A DNA stretch of 64,000 nt from an uncultured Acidimicrobiia bacterium (GCA_963786955.1 CAWBAT010000005.1:1024001-1088000); one strand, 5' to 3'; positions 1 to 12,466 are shown, numbered from the stretch's first letter. Translations and numbers: made by a program. Notes: a model not told the origin generated them from the sequence alone.

Positions 1-244
1 TCCCCCGTCATCGCCAGGCAGATGAGACCACGACCATGGCGCGCCATGAAATTGATGGCTTCCGGCGTCACCTTTTCGGCCGCAATGGTCAAATCCCCCT
101 CGTTTTCACGATCCTCATCGTCAACAACAATGACTATTCTGCCCGCTTTGAAGTCTTCGATGGCTGCTTCAACCGTTGCAAAATAGGAATTTTCTCGTTC
201 ATGCTGCGATCCGTCTCTTCGATGGCCGCCTTTTTGCTATCCAT
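1..244 (-). CDS. ribBA: DHBP synthase / GTP cyclohydrolase II, N-terminal part (runs off window edge)
   Basis: Manual translation of the minus strand gives [58 protein letters not shown], the RibB signature [10 protein letters not shown]. Start is uncertain (probable indel near 180). RibB versus fused RibBA cannot be resolved here. Confidence 0.85.
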
Positions 245-428
245 TCTTTAACCATTCAAATATTTCAGCAATCATCAAGCGTTCTGGCAACTTCACCCTT
301 CGGCGCCTTCCCTCTATAGAGAAATGCCCCCTCTTTGTAAGGGAGCCTTTTTCTGAGCATGATTCCTTCGTGGGATGGCCCCTTCTTTCCTCATTTCTTA
401 ATCCCTCCCACAGATCATCGGCAATCCT

Positions 429-1074
429 TTAGTACCCCTGCTCTTTCAATATTCTTCCGAAAGAGGCGGCTTATTAGCATCGGAACGCTTGGCAAGGAGT
501 GATTCAACATATTTGGCCAGGATATCTACTTCGAGGTTTACGGTTCTTCCCACACCGAAGTTGTGGAAGTTCGTGTTTTCCAAGGTGTGGGGGATCAATG
601 CCACTTCAAACGACCGTTCTGTAGGTTTCGCCACAGTCAGGCTCACTCCATTTACAGAAATCGATCCCTTTTCCACGATGTACGGTCTCAATTCTGTGCG
701 AATAGAAAATTTCCATGACCCCAAACCCCTCTCGAGATTCAATCGAGAGCACTTGACTCGTCCCATCGACATGCCCTTGCACGAAATGTCCACCCAAGCG
801 ACTCCCGGGAGTTAAGGGGCGTTCCAGATTAACCTCACTTCCGATTCTTATTTCTCCCAGATTGGACCGTTTCAGCGTTTCTGATGAGATCTCAACTTGA
901 AAATCCCGCTCAGTTAATTGGCGCACAGTAAGGCAGACTCCGTTCACAGCCACACTGTCACCGAGCTGCATTCCCATCGAGAACCTTGACCGCGCTGACG
1001 GTCATCGTGGCCGTCTCACGGGAGCGTTGAATTGAGCCAACCTTACCAACTTCTTCGATAATCCCGGTAAACAT
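429..1074 (-). CDS. ribE: Riboflavin synthase (alpha chain), frameshifted in assembly
   Basis: Starts MFTGIIEE at 1074. Motifs [42 protein letters not shown] and [11 protein letters not shown] are spread over ORFs 606-977 and 446-793. Confidence 0.9.
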
Positions 1075-1117
1075 AGAGTTTGAGAATCACCTTCGAGGTG
1101 GACATGAGATACCAGTT

Positions 1118-2224
1118 TCAACGATGAACATAAGCCTCGACGAGTATGTCCACACCTACCGGTTTAATGGAATAGAAACTCAATTCTATCCCATCCACCA
1201 AATTGATGAACCCCGGTTCTCCCACGAAGGGTAGGGGGGGGACCCCTCCAAGGATTCTCGGCGCAACGAAACAATACAATTTATCCACAGCCCGCTGTTG
1301 AAAAGCCGAAAAATTAACCGTCGGTCCCGCTTCGATGAGGAGGCTCGTCATTTCCCGTCGTCCCAGTTCTTCCAGAATGCTGTCAAAGGAAAGCCGATCT
1401 TTTTCTCTTGGAACGACAATGACTTCAACGCCTTCTTCTTCGAGCTGGTTCTGACGAGAAGGATCCCGTTCAGGCGAACAAAAAACCATTATACCACCTT
1501 CCTTCCGGCTCTGGACAAGTCGACTGGCCAAGGGTAATTGCAGCTGAGAATCCAGGACGCAACGCAAAAGCGGCCGGCGGCGGGCTTGCCCCGTGCGGTC
1601 GGTCAGAAGAGGATCATCTTTCAGAATCGTCCCAATGCCCGTCAATAGTGCATCACTCTCGAATCTGAGTTGCTGTGCCCTCTCGCGGGATCGTTCACTT
1701 GAAATCCACTGGGAATGGCCGTCTGACTGAGCAATTTTCCCGTCCAGCGTCATGGCCGTCTTGAGGACCACCCATGGCCTCCGAACTCGAATATACTTGG
1801 AGTATGCTTCATTGAGCTGAAAAGCCTCTTCCTTTCCGATGCCCACGGTCAAATCGATCCCGGCTTCTTTTAACTTTCGGAAGCCCTCCCCAGAAACCAG
1901 CGGGTTCGGATCTTCCATCGCAGCAACGACCTGAACAATTCCAGATTCGATGACACGCGAAACACAGGGAGGGGTACGCCCGAAATGAGCGCAGGGCTCG
2001 AGATTAACGTAAAGAGTGGCGCCTCTGGCCTTCTCACCGGCCGCCTCGATAGCCCAGACTTCTGCATGCGTCTTCTCTGCAAAACGGTGGAAGCCCTCCG
2101 CGATGACCTGTCCTTCCTTTACGAGGAGGGCCCCGACCAGGGGGTTAGGACTGACGAGCCCTCGTCCCTGTCGTGCGAGATCCAGCGCACGGGCCATGAA
2201 GAAATTATCTTTCTGACCGGTCAT
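1118..2224 (-). CDS. ribD: Bifunctional riboflavin deaminase/reductase
   Basis: PNPLVG, HAE, LEPCAHFGRTPPC zinc motif, and KTAMTLDGKIA reductase domain. Confidence 0.95.
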   Translation of the reverse strand: MTGQKDNFFMARALDLARQGRGLVSPNPLVGALLVKEGQVIAEGFHRFAEKTHAEVWAIEAAGEKARGATLYVNLEPCAHFGRTPPCVSRVIESGIVQVVAAMEDPNPLVSGEGFRKLKEAGIDLTVGIGKEEAFQLNEAYSKYIRVRRPWVVLKTAMTLDGKIAQSDGHSQWISSERSRERAQQLRFESDALLTGIGTILKDDPLLTDRTGQARRRPLLRCVLDSQLQLPLASRLVQSRKEGGIMVFCSPERDPSRQNQLEEEGVEVIVVPREKDRLSFDSILEELGRREMTSLLIEAGPTVNFSAFQQRAVDKLYCFVAPRILGGVPPLPFVGEPGFINLVDGIELSFYSIKPVGVDILVEAYVHR

Positions 2225-2259
2225 CCGAGTTCCGCGTAGAGGAGCCGATTGGAAACTTT

Positions 2260-3206
2260 TTATTCAAAGAGGGAATTGATAAATTGCTCGGAAGAAAATT
2301 CGATGAGGTCATCGATTTTCTCTCCGATCCCGACATACCGAACCGGGAGGTTCAGATCACGGACGATGGATATGACAACTCCTCCCTTTGCGGTACCGTC
2401 CAGCTTCGTTAAGACAATTCCCGTTACTCCTGCGCTTTTTGTGAATTCCCGGGCTTGCGCCAAACCATTTTGTCCGGTGGTCGCGTCAATCACGAGCAGA
2501 ACCTCATGCGGGAGCGGTCGGAATTTCTCTTCCCGCAATGCGCCGCATCTTTTCCAGTTCTGCCATGAGATTCGCCTTGTTATGCAAGCGGCCCGCGGTA
2601 TCCACGATTAAAATGTCGATCCCGCGAGATTTGGCCGATGCGATGGCATCAAAAAGAACAGCGGAAGGGTCTGCTCCGGGTTTTTGGCGAATGACACTAA
2701 CGCCTGCCCGCGTCTCCCCAGATTTCCAATTGCTCAATTGCGGCAGCACGGAAGGTATCGGAAGCACAAACCAAGACCTTTTTCTCGTCGCGCACACAAA
2801 GGTTGGCCAATTTCCCGATCGTGGTTGTCTTCCCAACTCCATTAACCCCGACAACCATGATCACCCAGGGCCCATTCGCCGTTTGCGCATCGGGAGGCCT
2901 GTGCACTGAGTCTAGCATATTTTCAGCTCACTCTTGATCATCAATTTGAGCTGCGCCGGATCACTTAGTTGACGACGACTGACCTGATTGCGAATCTTGG
3001 CGAGCAACTCATTGGTCGTCTCAATCCGATATCGGACCCAATCAGGATCGGACTCCAGTTCATCGAGGAGGTTCGGCATCGATTTCCTTCTTCCCTTGGA
3101 TGACATCCTCAATGCGGGCAACAAGATTGGATTTGGTTGCGGCAACAGCCGCCTTAAGTTTACTGAAGAATCCTTCTCGGTTTTCCAATTTTTGGAATAA
3201 TTTCAT
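2260..3206 (-). CDS. ftsY: Signal recognition particle receptor, frameshifted in assembly
   Basis: [43 protein letters not shown] and [10 protein letters not shown] across several short ORFs. Confidence 0.92.
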
Positions 3207-3445
3207 TAGGTGCCTCAATCATCAGGTCAGAGGATGATCCTCCGATGAAACGCATCAGGCTTTACGGTCTCTGGCAGTGGGTATGATACCACTTCTTCCG
3301 GTGCGCGTTGAAAATTGAAGTGTCTTAAGTAGGCTGGATCCCCCCTCAATGGGATTCCAAAGCTTCATCCTCTATCTGAGAGGGAAGAGGGCGGCCGTGG
3401 ATTCTGTCCACTTTCCAACAACTAGAAGTTTCGCCAGGCTTGGTT

Positions 3446-5209
3446 TCAAACGGCAATAGCTTCTGGAGCAGGATGTGCAAGTTTAACCACCAGATGCCCT
3501 CGCTCGATGGCTTCGTTGAAGGCACCGACAACTGCAGGATCGTACTTGACACCTGCATTCATGGTGATTTTCTCGCGGGCATACTCAAAACTGAGGGCCT
3601 TTTGATAAGGACGATTCGTAGTCATTGCATCCAAGGTATCGGCAACGGAAATAATCCGCGCAATGAGTGGAATTTCATCGGATCGCAAACGATCCGGATA
3701 ACCATTGCCGTCCCATTGTTCATGATGGAAGCGCAGTCCAGGCAACATGTTGCGCATTTGCTCAATGGGTTTCATGATGTTGTAACCTTTGACGGTATGC
3801 AACTTCATGATCTCAAATTCTTCCGGCGTCAAGAGGCCCGGTTTCTTCAGTACTTTGTCATCGACACCAATTTTACCGACATCGTGGAGCAGGGCCGCAA
3901 TTCGGATGGTTTCCAAAGCCATTTCGTCTAACCCTAGCTGACGTGCGATAATCACCGAATATTCAGTGACTCGTTCGGAATGACCCCTTGTATACGGATC
4001 TTTTTCATCGACGGCGGCAGCCAGGGCCCGAATGGAGCCTAGGAAAAGGGCTTTGTTTTCTTCACCGGCCCGCCGGATCTGCTGAATGTAGAGTTCAAGA
4101 TCGCCGGTCATTTTGTTGAATGTTTCCGCTAGTTCGCCTATTTCATTCCGGCTTTTGATCTGGATTTTCTTGGAGAAGTCTCCTTTGGCGATCGAGTGAC
4201 TCCCTTCCACTAATTGGCTAATGGGATCCGTGATAGATCGTGCACTGTAGATTCCGACACCGGCTGAAAGCAATAACATCAGGATGCCCCATTTGATGGT
4301 CTCGGCTTTCATCTCCGCTACGGTGGCAAAGGCCGCCTTTTGATCGATCTGGACGATGACACCCCAAGGAGCTTCAGCAATCCCAAAATAAGTGCCCAGC
4401 ATTTCCTTTTGATTTCCATCCTCAACGAGCTTGAAGGGCCGAGTCTCCTGCAAGCGCAACATTCCTTTGGACAGCCGCCACTCCTCCATGAAGGCGGAAA
4501 CAATTTCGATTCGACTGAAATCCATTCCAGCAGGGTTCATCTTTTGATCCGGATGGACCACAATCTTTCCGTTGAAATCGACTACATAAGCTTTCTTGCT
4601 GGCCACACTACTGTCGGTCACCCAGCGGAGAATATCATCCAAAGCAAGGATGACGGTCGTGGCTCCTACCCAATGCCGGGAATCCGATTTGATCGGTCTC
4701 GACATGATGATGACAGGGCGGCTTTGATTCCCAACCTCCACGGTCAGGGGCTCACTCACATAAGTCTGGTCCTGGCTAGCATGCTGAAAGGCTTTAGTCA
4801 GATAGTGCTGGGTCATTTCGTCTTCATCCCCATTGTAGACTCCAGCTCGAACCCCTTTCCCTCTCTCATTCACAATATTGATATAGAGAAGATTTTTATC
4901 GCGAGTGACGAAGTCTTCGAGTTTTTTCTGCAAGGCGGGATTGGCGTTCAATTGTGCCATTTGGGAGGAACCCCCGCTGAGCTCCAAAGCGCTGGCAACA
5001 AACCCGTCGATTTGTTTGCGTGCGCTACTGAGGTAGAGGGAAATCAAGCGGGAAAGCGATTGAGCAATACTGATTTGCGAGAATCGTTCTTGGGTCTGAA
5101 GTTTTTCCCGATTGAGCCGAATCAACTGGTAGCCATAAAACCCGAGGGGACAAACACTCACCAGCATGAGCACCAGCATTACATGATGAAGAATCTTAGT
5201 CCGTTTCAT
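3446..5209 (-). CDS. Membrane Cache-HAMP-HD-GYP phosphodiesterase
   Basis: Two TM segments flank a periplasmic Cache-like region. HAMP (NEIGELAETFNKM), then YTRGHSERV, LHDVGKIG and HHEQWDGNGYP. Confidence 0.9.
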   Translation of the reverse strand: MKRTKILHHVMLVLMLVSVCPLGFYGYQLIRLNREKLQTQERFSQISIAQSLSRLISLYLSSARKQIDGFVASALELSGGSSQMAQLNANPALQKKLEDFVTRDKNLLYINIVNERGKGVRAGVYNGDEDEMTQHYLTKAFQHASQDQTYVSEPLTVEVGNQSRPVIIMSRPIKSDSRHWVGATTVILALDDILRWVTDSSVASKKAYVVDFNGKIVVHPDQKMNPAGMDFSRIEIVSAFMEEWRLSKGMLRLQETRPFKLVEDGNQKEMLGTYFGIAEAPWGVIVQIDQKAAFATVAEMKAETIKWGILMLLLSAGVGIYSARSITDPISQLVEGSHSIAKGDFSKKIQIKSRNEIGELAETFNKMTGDLELYIQQIRRAGEENKALFLGSIRALAAAVDEKDPYTRGHSERVTEYSVIIARQLGLDEMALETIRIAALLHDVGKIGVDDKVLKKPGLLTPEEFEIMKLHTVKGYNIMKPIEQMRNMLPGLRFHHEQWDGNGYPDRLRSDEIPLIARIISVADTLDAMTTNRPYQKALSFEYAREKITMNAGVKYDPAVVGAFNEAIERGHLVVKLAHPAPEAIAV

Positions 5210-5531
5210 GAAGACATCTCACCCATGAAGAGGTGATTGCGAACGCCACTTTGGATCAGCCGACCGGTTGGTGATACCAATACGGCTTGTCTCCTTTCCG
5301 ACGCACTTCGGCAACAACGTTCGAGTACACAATCACACGTCCTTTATCGACAAGCCGCGTTTTATGAATTTAAGGAATTCGGGGTGAAGCAGGAATGAAG
5401 CTTCTTTGCCAGATTATGGCAGAGTTGGCCCTGAACCAATCTTCCATTTCGCAGGATCAAACGCAATTTTCCATAGTAAAGAATCCTCAGATTGTGGGAA
5501 GAATTCTCTTCAATCCGATCCGGATCTCCCA

Positions 5532-6085
5532 TCATTTGAAGAATCTCATTGAGCCCTGAGCCTTGCTGGACGACTTGGGGAGGCAGCTTTGGAGGGCCCC
5601 TGCCGGTTTCATCAAAGAGGAGGGGACCGGTGAACTCTCTGGGGCTGAGGTGGGCAAATGTAACGGGGGTGAAGAAGCCGGCTGATCATGTTGAGAAGAG
5701 AAGAAGAGGTAGATGACAGCCTCCCATGAAACCAGAGACTGCTTCCCAGAGATCAGGCCCAAGAGGATCCCGGCAACAATCACCAATGCCCATTGTTTAC
5801 TGGACCAAGCCAAGCCCCATCTAGGAATAAACTGTATCCCATGGCGGGAGGTCTGTTTTCGAGAGCGGGCCGGACTTCATAGTTCGGCATCGTATCTGGC
5901 TCGGCGCTCGGGATCGGTTAGGGTGTCACGAATGAGGTTCAATACCTTCATCCGATCCTCGGACGCTGCTGCCTGATCGTGATGGAAATCGGGATGAGCT
6001 TTATGGGCGAGCTGGCGGTAGGCCTGTTCGATCTCTTCAACGGTGGCCTTTGGCGCAACGTTAAGCGCCTGTCGTAGAAATTCAT
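5532..6085 (-). CDS. J-domain (DnaJ-like) protein with downstream TM segment, interrupted
   Basis: Manual translation MNFY..LNVAPKATVEEIEQAYRQLAHKAHPDFHHD...MKVLNLIRDTLTDPERRARYDAEL contains the HPD motif. An in-frame TGA at 5877-5879 is followed by in-frame continuation into the hydrophobic ORF 5532-5813. Confidence 0.75.
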
Positions 6086-6289
6086 AGTGGGTTATTCTGG
6101 ATCCCCTTGAAGGGGGGGAATCGGAACGGCTTACTTGTACACTTTGATCGGGATCCCTTGGAAATCATTCCGACTCGGTTACCCCTTGTCTATTTGACAA
6201 TATCGTCAGATCCCAATAAAGGGTTTAGTGCATACACCCTAAATTGTCTTGATCACTCTTGATCCGTTCACAGGCTCAATGGGTTCACC

Positions 6290-7447
6290 TCAATAACCTA
6301 ACGCTTGCCCAAAATCCTCTAAAATATCTTCCGTTGCTTCAATCCCAATGGAAAGGCGAATCAAACTATCAGTTATTCCGATATTCTTTCGATCAGCAGG
6401 CGAAAGACCTGCATGCGAAGTATTGGCAGGACGTATCGCGAGGGTCTCCACACCGCCTAGACTGGGCGCAATGGTCGGCAATTGAACTTTTTTGAGAAAC
6501 TGTTCGGCATGCTTGAACTCCTCCCTTGGGTTCAAAGCTGAGGACTCCGCCAAAGCCTTGGAATAATTCTCGCGCCCGGGCATGACGGAAATGGGTTTCC
6601 AAACCCGGGTAGTTTACTTTTGCAACTGCCGGATGTGATTCGAGCATTCTTGCTACCGTATCGCGCTCTGATTCTGAAAACCGACTCGCAATGCCAATGT
6701 TTTGAGTCCACGATGCAATAAGAATGCCGCATGAGGATCTAAGGTCCCGCCGAAATGGTTGAGGCGGTGCTTGATTTTCTCGACAAGGTCTCTTTCCCGA
6801 GCACAGCACCACACACGATATCGTTATGCCCATTGAGATATTTTGTTCCACTATGTAAAGAGATATCAAAGCCCCAATCCAGGGGTCGAAAATTCACAGG
6901 GCTGGCAAAAGTATTGTCGATGACTGAATATAACCCATGGTTTTTGGCGAATCCGGGGACCGCCTTTAAGTCCGCTACCTGCAGCAGTGGATTTGTCATG
7001 GACTCGACATAAATCATCTTGGTATTGGGTTTCAAGTGCCGTTTCCAGCTGTCTGGCGTCATCCGCATCGATAAAGGTGTGTTCCAATCCAAATGACGCG
7101 AAGTCGCGGTTGACAAAATCGTGGGTCCCACCATAGAGACAATCTTGAATCAAAAGGTGGCTCCCGGCCGGGAGCAGTGTTAATAAGGTGGTCGAAATGG
7201 CTGCCATCCCGCTTCCAGTGACTAACGCGGCTTCCGCATTCTCCAATGCCGAAAGCTTCGTATGCAGGGCCACGTGGTTCGGAGTATTGTTGAGACGAAT
7301 ATATTTCAGATCGTTGTAGCTTTTTTCCCCGGCATACTCAAACATGGCTGACTGAAAAATGGGAATGGCTACAGCCCCTTCAATTCTCGGATCGGGCTCA
7401 CCGGAGTGAATGAGTTTGGTTTCCAGATGCTTGTATTCCTTCGACAT
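6290..7447 (-). CDS. Cys/Met metabolism PLP enzyme (cystathionine gamma-synthase / methionine gamma-lyase family), frameshifted
   Basis: PIFQS, YIRLNNTP, SGMAAI, DNTFASP, HSGTKYLNGHND (PLP lysine), SLGGVETL and LIRLSIGIE. Confidence 0.88.
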
Positions 7448-7600
7448 AAATCGAGGCTCCTGTCCAAATTTTGCTTGGGGAGTTCTCAGCCAGAATCCCA
7501 CGATGGCAACTTTCGATAGTTTACCGCTTTTACCAATGCGTTCACACTAGGAATCCTGCAAGATATTTGGTGAAGGGCAACTTCTTATTACAAAGTTCCT

Positions 7601-10271
7601 ATGAGTTCGCAAACCCAGCGCACCACACTTCTCACCTTTCTGGACGACTTTCATCAACGCGGTGACGCCGTTGCTTTTGTCGGGCAAAGGGGATTGAGAA
7701 CAGAACGTTGGTCGTATCGGAAGGTCGCCGAAACGGCTTCTATGATCGCTGTTGAGCTCGAACAACGGGGGCTGGTCCATGGGGATCGGGTTCTCGTGTG
7801 GTCTGAGAATTCTCCAGCGTGGGTTGCTGTCTTCTTCGGCTGCATGTTTCAAGGGATCGTGATCGTGCCATTAGACAGGCAAAGCCCAGACAGCTTTATG
7901 CAGCGGGTTCAAGACCAGGCCAAGGGAAAATTACTCATAGTAGGGGGCGGAGTGGACCCCGGCAAGTGTCTCCCTTTTCATTCCCACGGTGAAACTGGAT
8001 GAGCTTGTTGCCCGCTCACTTCGACATCCTCCCACCAAGAGGATGCCTTCCCGATTACCCAGTGACCTGATTGAAATTGTGTTCACATCGGGGACGACTT
8101 CTGAACCACGCGGCGTCTGCCTGACACACATGAATCTCCTTTCTAACCTGCTTCCTTTAGAAAAAGAGATCCGGCGCTATCAATGGCAGGAACGTTTGTT
8201 TCATCCTGTTCGCTTTCTCAATTTGGTGCCCTTGAGTCATGTCTTCGGACAATTGATGGGCATGCTGGTCCCGCAACTGCTCGGAGGGGAGGTTTGGTTC
8301 CTCAACTCCTTCAAGCCTGCAGAGGTCCTTGAAGTGGTTAGGGACAGAAGAATTTCAGTTTTGATCACCGTTCCACGATTCCTCGACACTTTGAAGGAAA
8401 CGGTCGAAAAAAAATTTGACGGGCGGCGGGAAACTCTCTTTCGGCTCAGGTCCACTTCTACTGGGTTTCTGAAAAACATCTGGCAAGGCCGAGCCGTTCA
8501 TCATCTATTGGGTTGGAAATTCTGGGCATTTGTATCAGGCGGGGCAACCCTGAATCCAGCGACCGGAGCTTTTTGGAGACAACTGGGGTTTGCCGTTGTC
8601 CAAGGATACGGGATGACGGAAACAGCGGCACTCGTTAGCGTGGTTCATCCTTTCAAACCAAGACAAGGATCCATTGGGAAAGTGCTCCCGGGCCATGAAG
8701 TCATGCTGAGTCCGGGAGGTGAGATTTTAGTGAGGGGTAATAGTGTTACTCCGGGATTATGGGACCCGGCCGGCACGGAAGCTAAGGTGACGGACGAGCA
8801 AGGTTGGCTTCATACCGGGGACCTCGCGCAAAAGGATTCAGAGGGCAACTTGTTTTTTAAGGGACGACAAAAAGAAGTCATCGTGACCTCGGCCGGATTG
8901 AATATCTATCCGGAAGATCTGGAACTCGCGCTGAATCAACAACCCGAAATTCTCGCCTGCGCCGTTATCGGAGTAGAGGGAAAGCGTGGCCCAGACCCTC
9001 TCGCCGTCCTTCTCCCGAGGAAAGGCAGTGATCCTCAACTTGCCGTCGAGCGTGCCAATCGAATACTGGCAAACCATCAACAAATCTTACATTGGACCGT
9101 CTGGCCGGAAAGAGATTTCCCACGTACTCCCAACCAGAAAATTCGTAAAGGGGATCTGCTTTCACGGCTGAAACTATCTTCCGAAGAATACGCTCCTATC
9201 CGCTTTGTCGAAAGCCAAGACCGGGAGCTACATGTGATCCAAAGGCTCATCGCGCAAGTCGTTGGGAAAGAACCACCCCTTGTTGGCAGAGATTCTCACC
9301 TCACTAAGGATCTTAAGTTAGATTCAATCGGGAAAATCACACTGCTGAGTGCTCTCGAAGAAGAGTACCGCACGGATATCGATGAAAATGAATTTTCTGC
9401 GGCGGACACGATCGGAGACATCGAGGATCTCGTCCTGGAACAGGCGCAACACGGAAAAGTGCAGAAGGAAATCCATTTCGGAACCACTGCCGAACCCTTC
9501 GAGCCAGACTGTCAACAGGATGTTGCCCTGCCTCGCACCGCTGCGGGAGGCCCGCCCTATCCACTGCCCCTCTGGTCTCTACGATTTCCTTTCACCTGGC
9601 TGCGGCGTTGTTTCATCCAACTGTTTCTCATTCCTTTGGCCCGGCTGCTCCTATGCCCCATCGTCTATGGTTCGGACCAGCTAAAGGAACTCTCCCCTCC
9701 AATTCTTCTCGTGGCTAATCACGTGACTTTCCTGGACCCGGTATTAGTGCTATTCGCCTTACCGCAAAAGTTTAGAAAGGGCCTGGCGATCGCCATGGAC
9801 GGTGAGAAGCTTCGTCATTGGAGGTACTCTGAATCAAACCCTTGGATCATGCGCATTTTTTATCGGCTCACTTATTTCTTAGTGGCTTCATTGTTTAACG
9901 TTTTTTCACTTCCTCAGCGAAGCGGTTTTAGGCGAAGTTTTGAGTATGCCGGAAAAGCCATGGATCTAGGATATAACGTGCTCGTCTTCCCGGAGGGTGC
10001 CCGCACTAAAGACGGCCAGATGGCACCTTTTCGAGGCGGAATCGGCCTCCTTGCATCAGGATTGAACGCAACGATCGTGCCGCTAAAATTGGAAGGCTTG
10101 TTCGAAGTCAAACAGAGATTTCTAACAAGAAAAATGAGAATTCCGCATGCCCGCGCTGGTGAAATATCGATTTGCTTCGGAAAACCTATTCATCCAGATT
10201 CATTGGGGGAACTCAAGGAAATCACCCGATTTCTGGAAAGCGCTGTTGTTAATTCATCCGACCGAACATGA
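7601..10271 (+). CDS. Long-chain acyl-CoA/ACP synthetase - ACP - PlsC acyltransferase fusion (frameshift near 7990)
   Basis: FTSGTTSEPRG, GYGMTE, HTGD, ACP motif LDSI, acyltransferase NHVTFLD and FPEGART. Confidence 0.88.
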
Positions 10272-10722
10272 TAGACCCTGCCTGTCGTAATAATCAGCAG
10301 AATAACCTCAGGTCCCTGAATTCCCGAGCCATAAACCTTTTCGACCTTGGCGGGTGAGATCCATTTGGAAGGTGGCCCCTGAAGAATGACAGGGTCAGAT
10401 TCTCCCACCCTCGTGAATCATTTGCTCCAGGCTTGAAAGAGTTCCATATCCTTTCGTTTCAAGCACTCCATATTTATAGAAAAAATGTGAAACTATAAAG
10501 ACATCTCAAGTTTTTGACGATCAGTTTATCTTAAAAAACTTAATGTTTAGGAATATCTAAGCTACACATTGAAAAGTTAGGTCATAGTTGCTAAGTTATT
10601 CGGCAGACCCAGAATAAATTGAACAATGTTATATTTATTTTTGTCATTTTTATCTTGCTGGAACACAGAGATTTCATATATTATACGAAAGTCTTGACTG
10701 TTATGTACGGAAGGCAGAAAAA

Positions 10723-12447
10723 ATGATTCTAAAAACTATGGATGGGGGCCAGGCCCTAGTTCGATGTTTGGAAAATGAAGGCGTTGAATACATATTTGGA
10801 CTATCCGGCGGAGCCGCCATCCCAATATTTGACGCTTTGGTCACAACCAAAACCAAGATCAAGCTGATATTGGTTCGGCATGAGCAAGGTGCCGCTTTCA
10901 TGGCTGACGGTTATGCAAGGGCGACAGGCAAGCCGGGAGTCGTGCTCGTGACGAGTGGCCCGGGCGCTACCAATACTTTGACTGGCATCATGACTGCGCA
11001 TATGGATTCGGTTCCAATGATCGTGATTACGGGGCAAACGGTTACTTCCATGCTTGGCAAGGACGCCTTCCAAGAAGCCGACGTCTTCGGGATTACCATG
11101 CCGGTCGTCAAACATAGCTATCTGGTCAAAAACGCCAATGACATCCCGCGAATCATGCGAGAAGCCTTTCATATCACCAATACGGGACGACCTGGACCAG
11201 TGCTCATCGACATACCTAAAGACATCAGCCAGGGACCCTTCGGCGGTGACCTCCATGCTGAAATGGACTTGCCTGGTTATCGGATTGACAGTTCCTTCGA
11301 CCAGTCCAAAGTCCTGGATATTGCAGAAGCTCTGAATCGGTCCAAGAAGCCGGTCATCCTCGCCGGTCATGGCGCTATTATTTCCGATGCTTCCGAAGCT
11401 CTCCGCAAGCTGGCAGAAAAAATAAATGCCCCGGTGACCTCTACCCTTCTGGGTAAAGGAGCATTCCCTGAATCCCACCGTTTGTCACTGGGCATGCTTG
11501 GCATGCATGGGACAGCCTATGCCAACAAAGCTCTGGTTGAATGCGACCTGATCATGTCGATCGGTTCCCGTTATGACGATCGTATTGTTGGACAGCCTCT
11601 TCGTTTTTGCCGTAACGCGGTGCGTATCCACATCGACATTGATCGAGCAGAGATTGGAAAGATGATCAAGTGCCAGCACTGGTGTGTCGGTGACGCCCGA
11701 ATGATTGTCGAAGAACTGACCAAGCATGTGACCCGCCTCGACACGCAAGAGTGGCTCAAACATCTAGACGGGTACAAGAAAAAGTTCCCCCTCAAGTACA
11801 AGAAGCAAGGCGGCTTGAAAATGCAGCATGTGTTGGACGAACTGGACAAGCTGAGTGGGGGAAAAGCCGTTATTTCTACCGACGTTGGACAGCACCAGAT
11901 GTGGGCCGCTCAGTTTTGCAAATCCGAGGCCCCTTTCAACTGGTTGAGTTCCGGCGGGGCCGGTTCGATGGGTTATGGCTTTCCGGCCGCCATAGGAGCC
12001 AAATTCGGCCGTCCCAAAGATCTGGTGGTGGCCATTGTCGGAGACGGTGGGTTTCAAATGACCATGTGCGAACTAGCAACGGCTTGTGTGCACAAAGTCC
12101 CTGTCAAAGTCCTGGTCATGAACAACCACTATTTAGGAATGGTGCGGCAATGGCAGGAATTGTTCTATGGGGACCGCAAGAGCGGAGTCGATCTCGAGGG
12201 AAACCCCGATTTTGCCAAGCTGGCGGATTGCTACCCTGGCGCAAAGGGATTTACTCTGAAACGTCCGGCCGATGTCCGCAAAATCCTCACGCGCGCGTTG
12301 GAATACGATGACGGCCCCTGCGTCATCAATGCAGAATGCGTGAAGACGGATAATGTCTATCCGATGATTCCAGCCGGGAAAGCCTTGGAAGACATGTTGA
12401 CCGAAGAACCCAAGGGCCCGATGGAAAAGCCCACTGGATCGACTTAG
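10723..12447 (+). CDS. ilvB: Acetolactate synthase large subunit
   Basis: RHEQGA, TSGPGATN, GMHG, DVGQHQMWAAQ and GDGGFQM...NN..LGMVRQWQ. Confidence 0.95.
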   Translation: MILKTMDGGQALVRCLENEGVEYIFGLSGGAAIPIFDALVTTKTKIKLILVRHEQGAAFMADGYARATGKPGVVLVTSGPGATNTLTGIMTAHMDSVPMIVITGQTVTSMLGKDAFQEADVFGITMPVVKHSYLVKNANDIPRIMREAFHITNTGRPGPVLIDIPKDISQGPFGGDLHAEMDLPGYRIDSSFDQSKVLDIAEALNRSKKPVILAGHGAIISDASEALRKLAEKINAPVTSTLLGKGAFPESHRLSLGMLGMHGTAYANKALVECDLIMSIGSRYDDRIVGQPLRFCRNAVRIHIDIDRAEIGKMIKCQHWCVGDARMIVEELTKHVTRLDTQEWLKHLDGYKKKFPLKYKKQGGLKMQHVLDELDKLSGGKAVISTDVGQHQMWAAQFCKSEAPFNWLSSGGAGSMGYGFPAAIGAKFGRPKDLVVAIVGDGGFQMTMCELATACVHKVPVKVLVMNNHYLGMVRQWQELFYGDRKSGVDLEGNPDFAKLADCYPGAKGFTLKRPADVRKILTRALEYDDGPCVINAECVKTDNVYPMIPAGKALEDMLTEEPKGPMEKPTGST

Positions 12448-12466
12448 GAGACGGAGGAACCCCAAT

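Noticed and set aside
245-430. FMN riboswitch in the rib region
   Set aside because: No RFN consensus was recognisable here, and ribD follows ftsY after only ~35 bp.
4340-5236. 298-aa plus-strand ORF and similar long antisense ORFs (e.g. 10801-11478, 38501-39196, 49027-49647)
   Set aside because: They are shadows of well-supported genes on the opposite strand and have no recognisable motifs.
7448-7600. SAM riboswitch upstream of the Cys/Met PLP enzyme
   Set aside because: Short divergent intergenic region with no S-box consensus visible.
10440-10722. AT-rich region before ilvB as an attenuator with leader peptide
   Set aside because: No Ile/Leu/Val-rich mini-ORF with a terminator was found; it looks like an ordinary promoter region.
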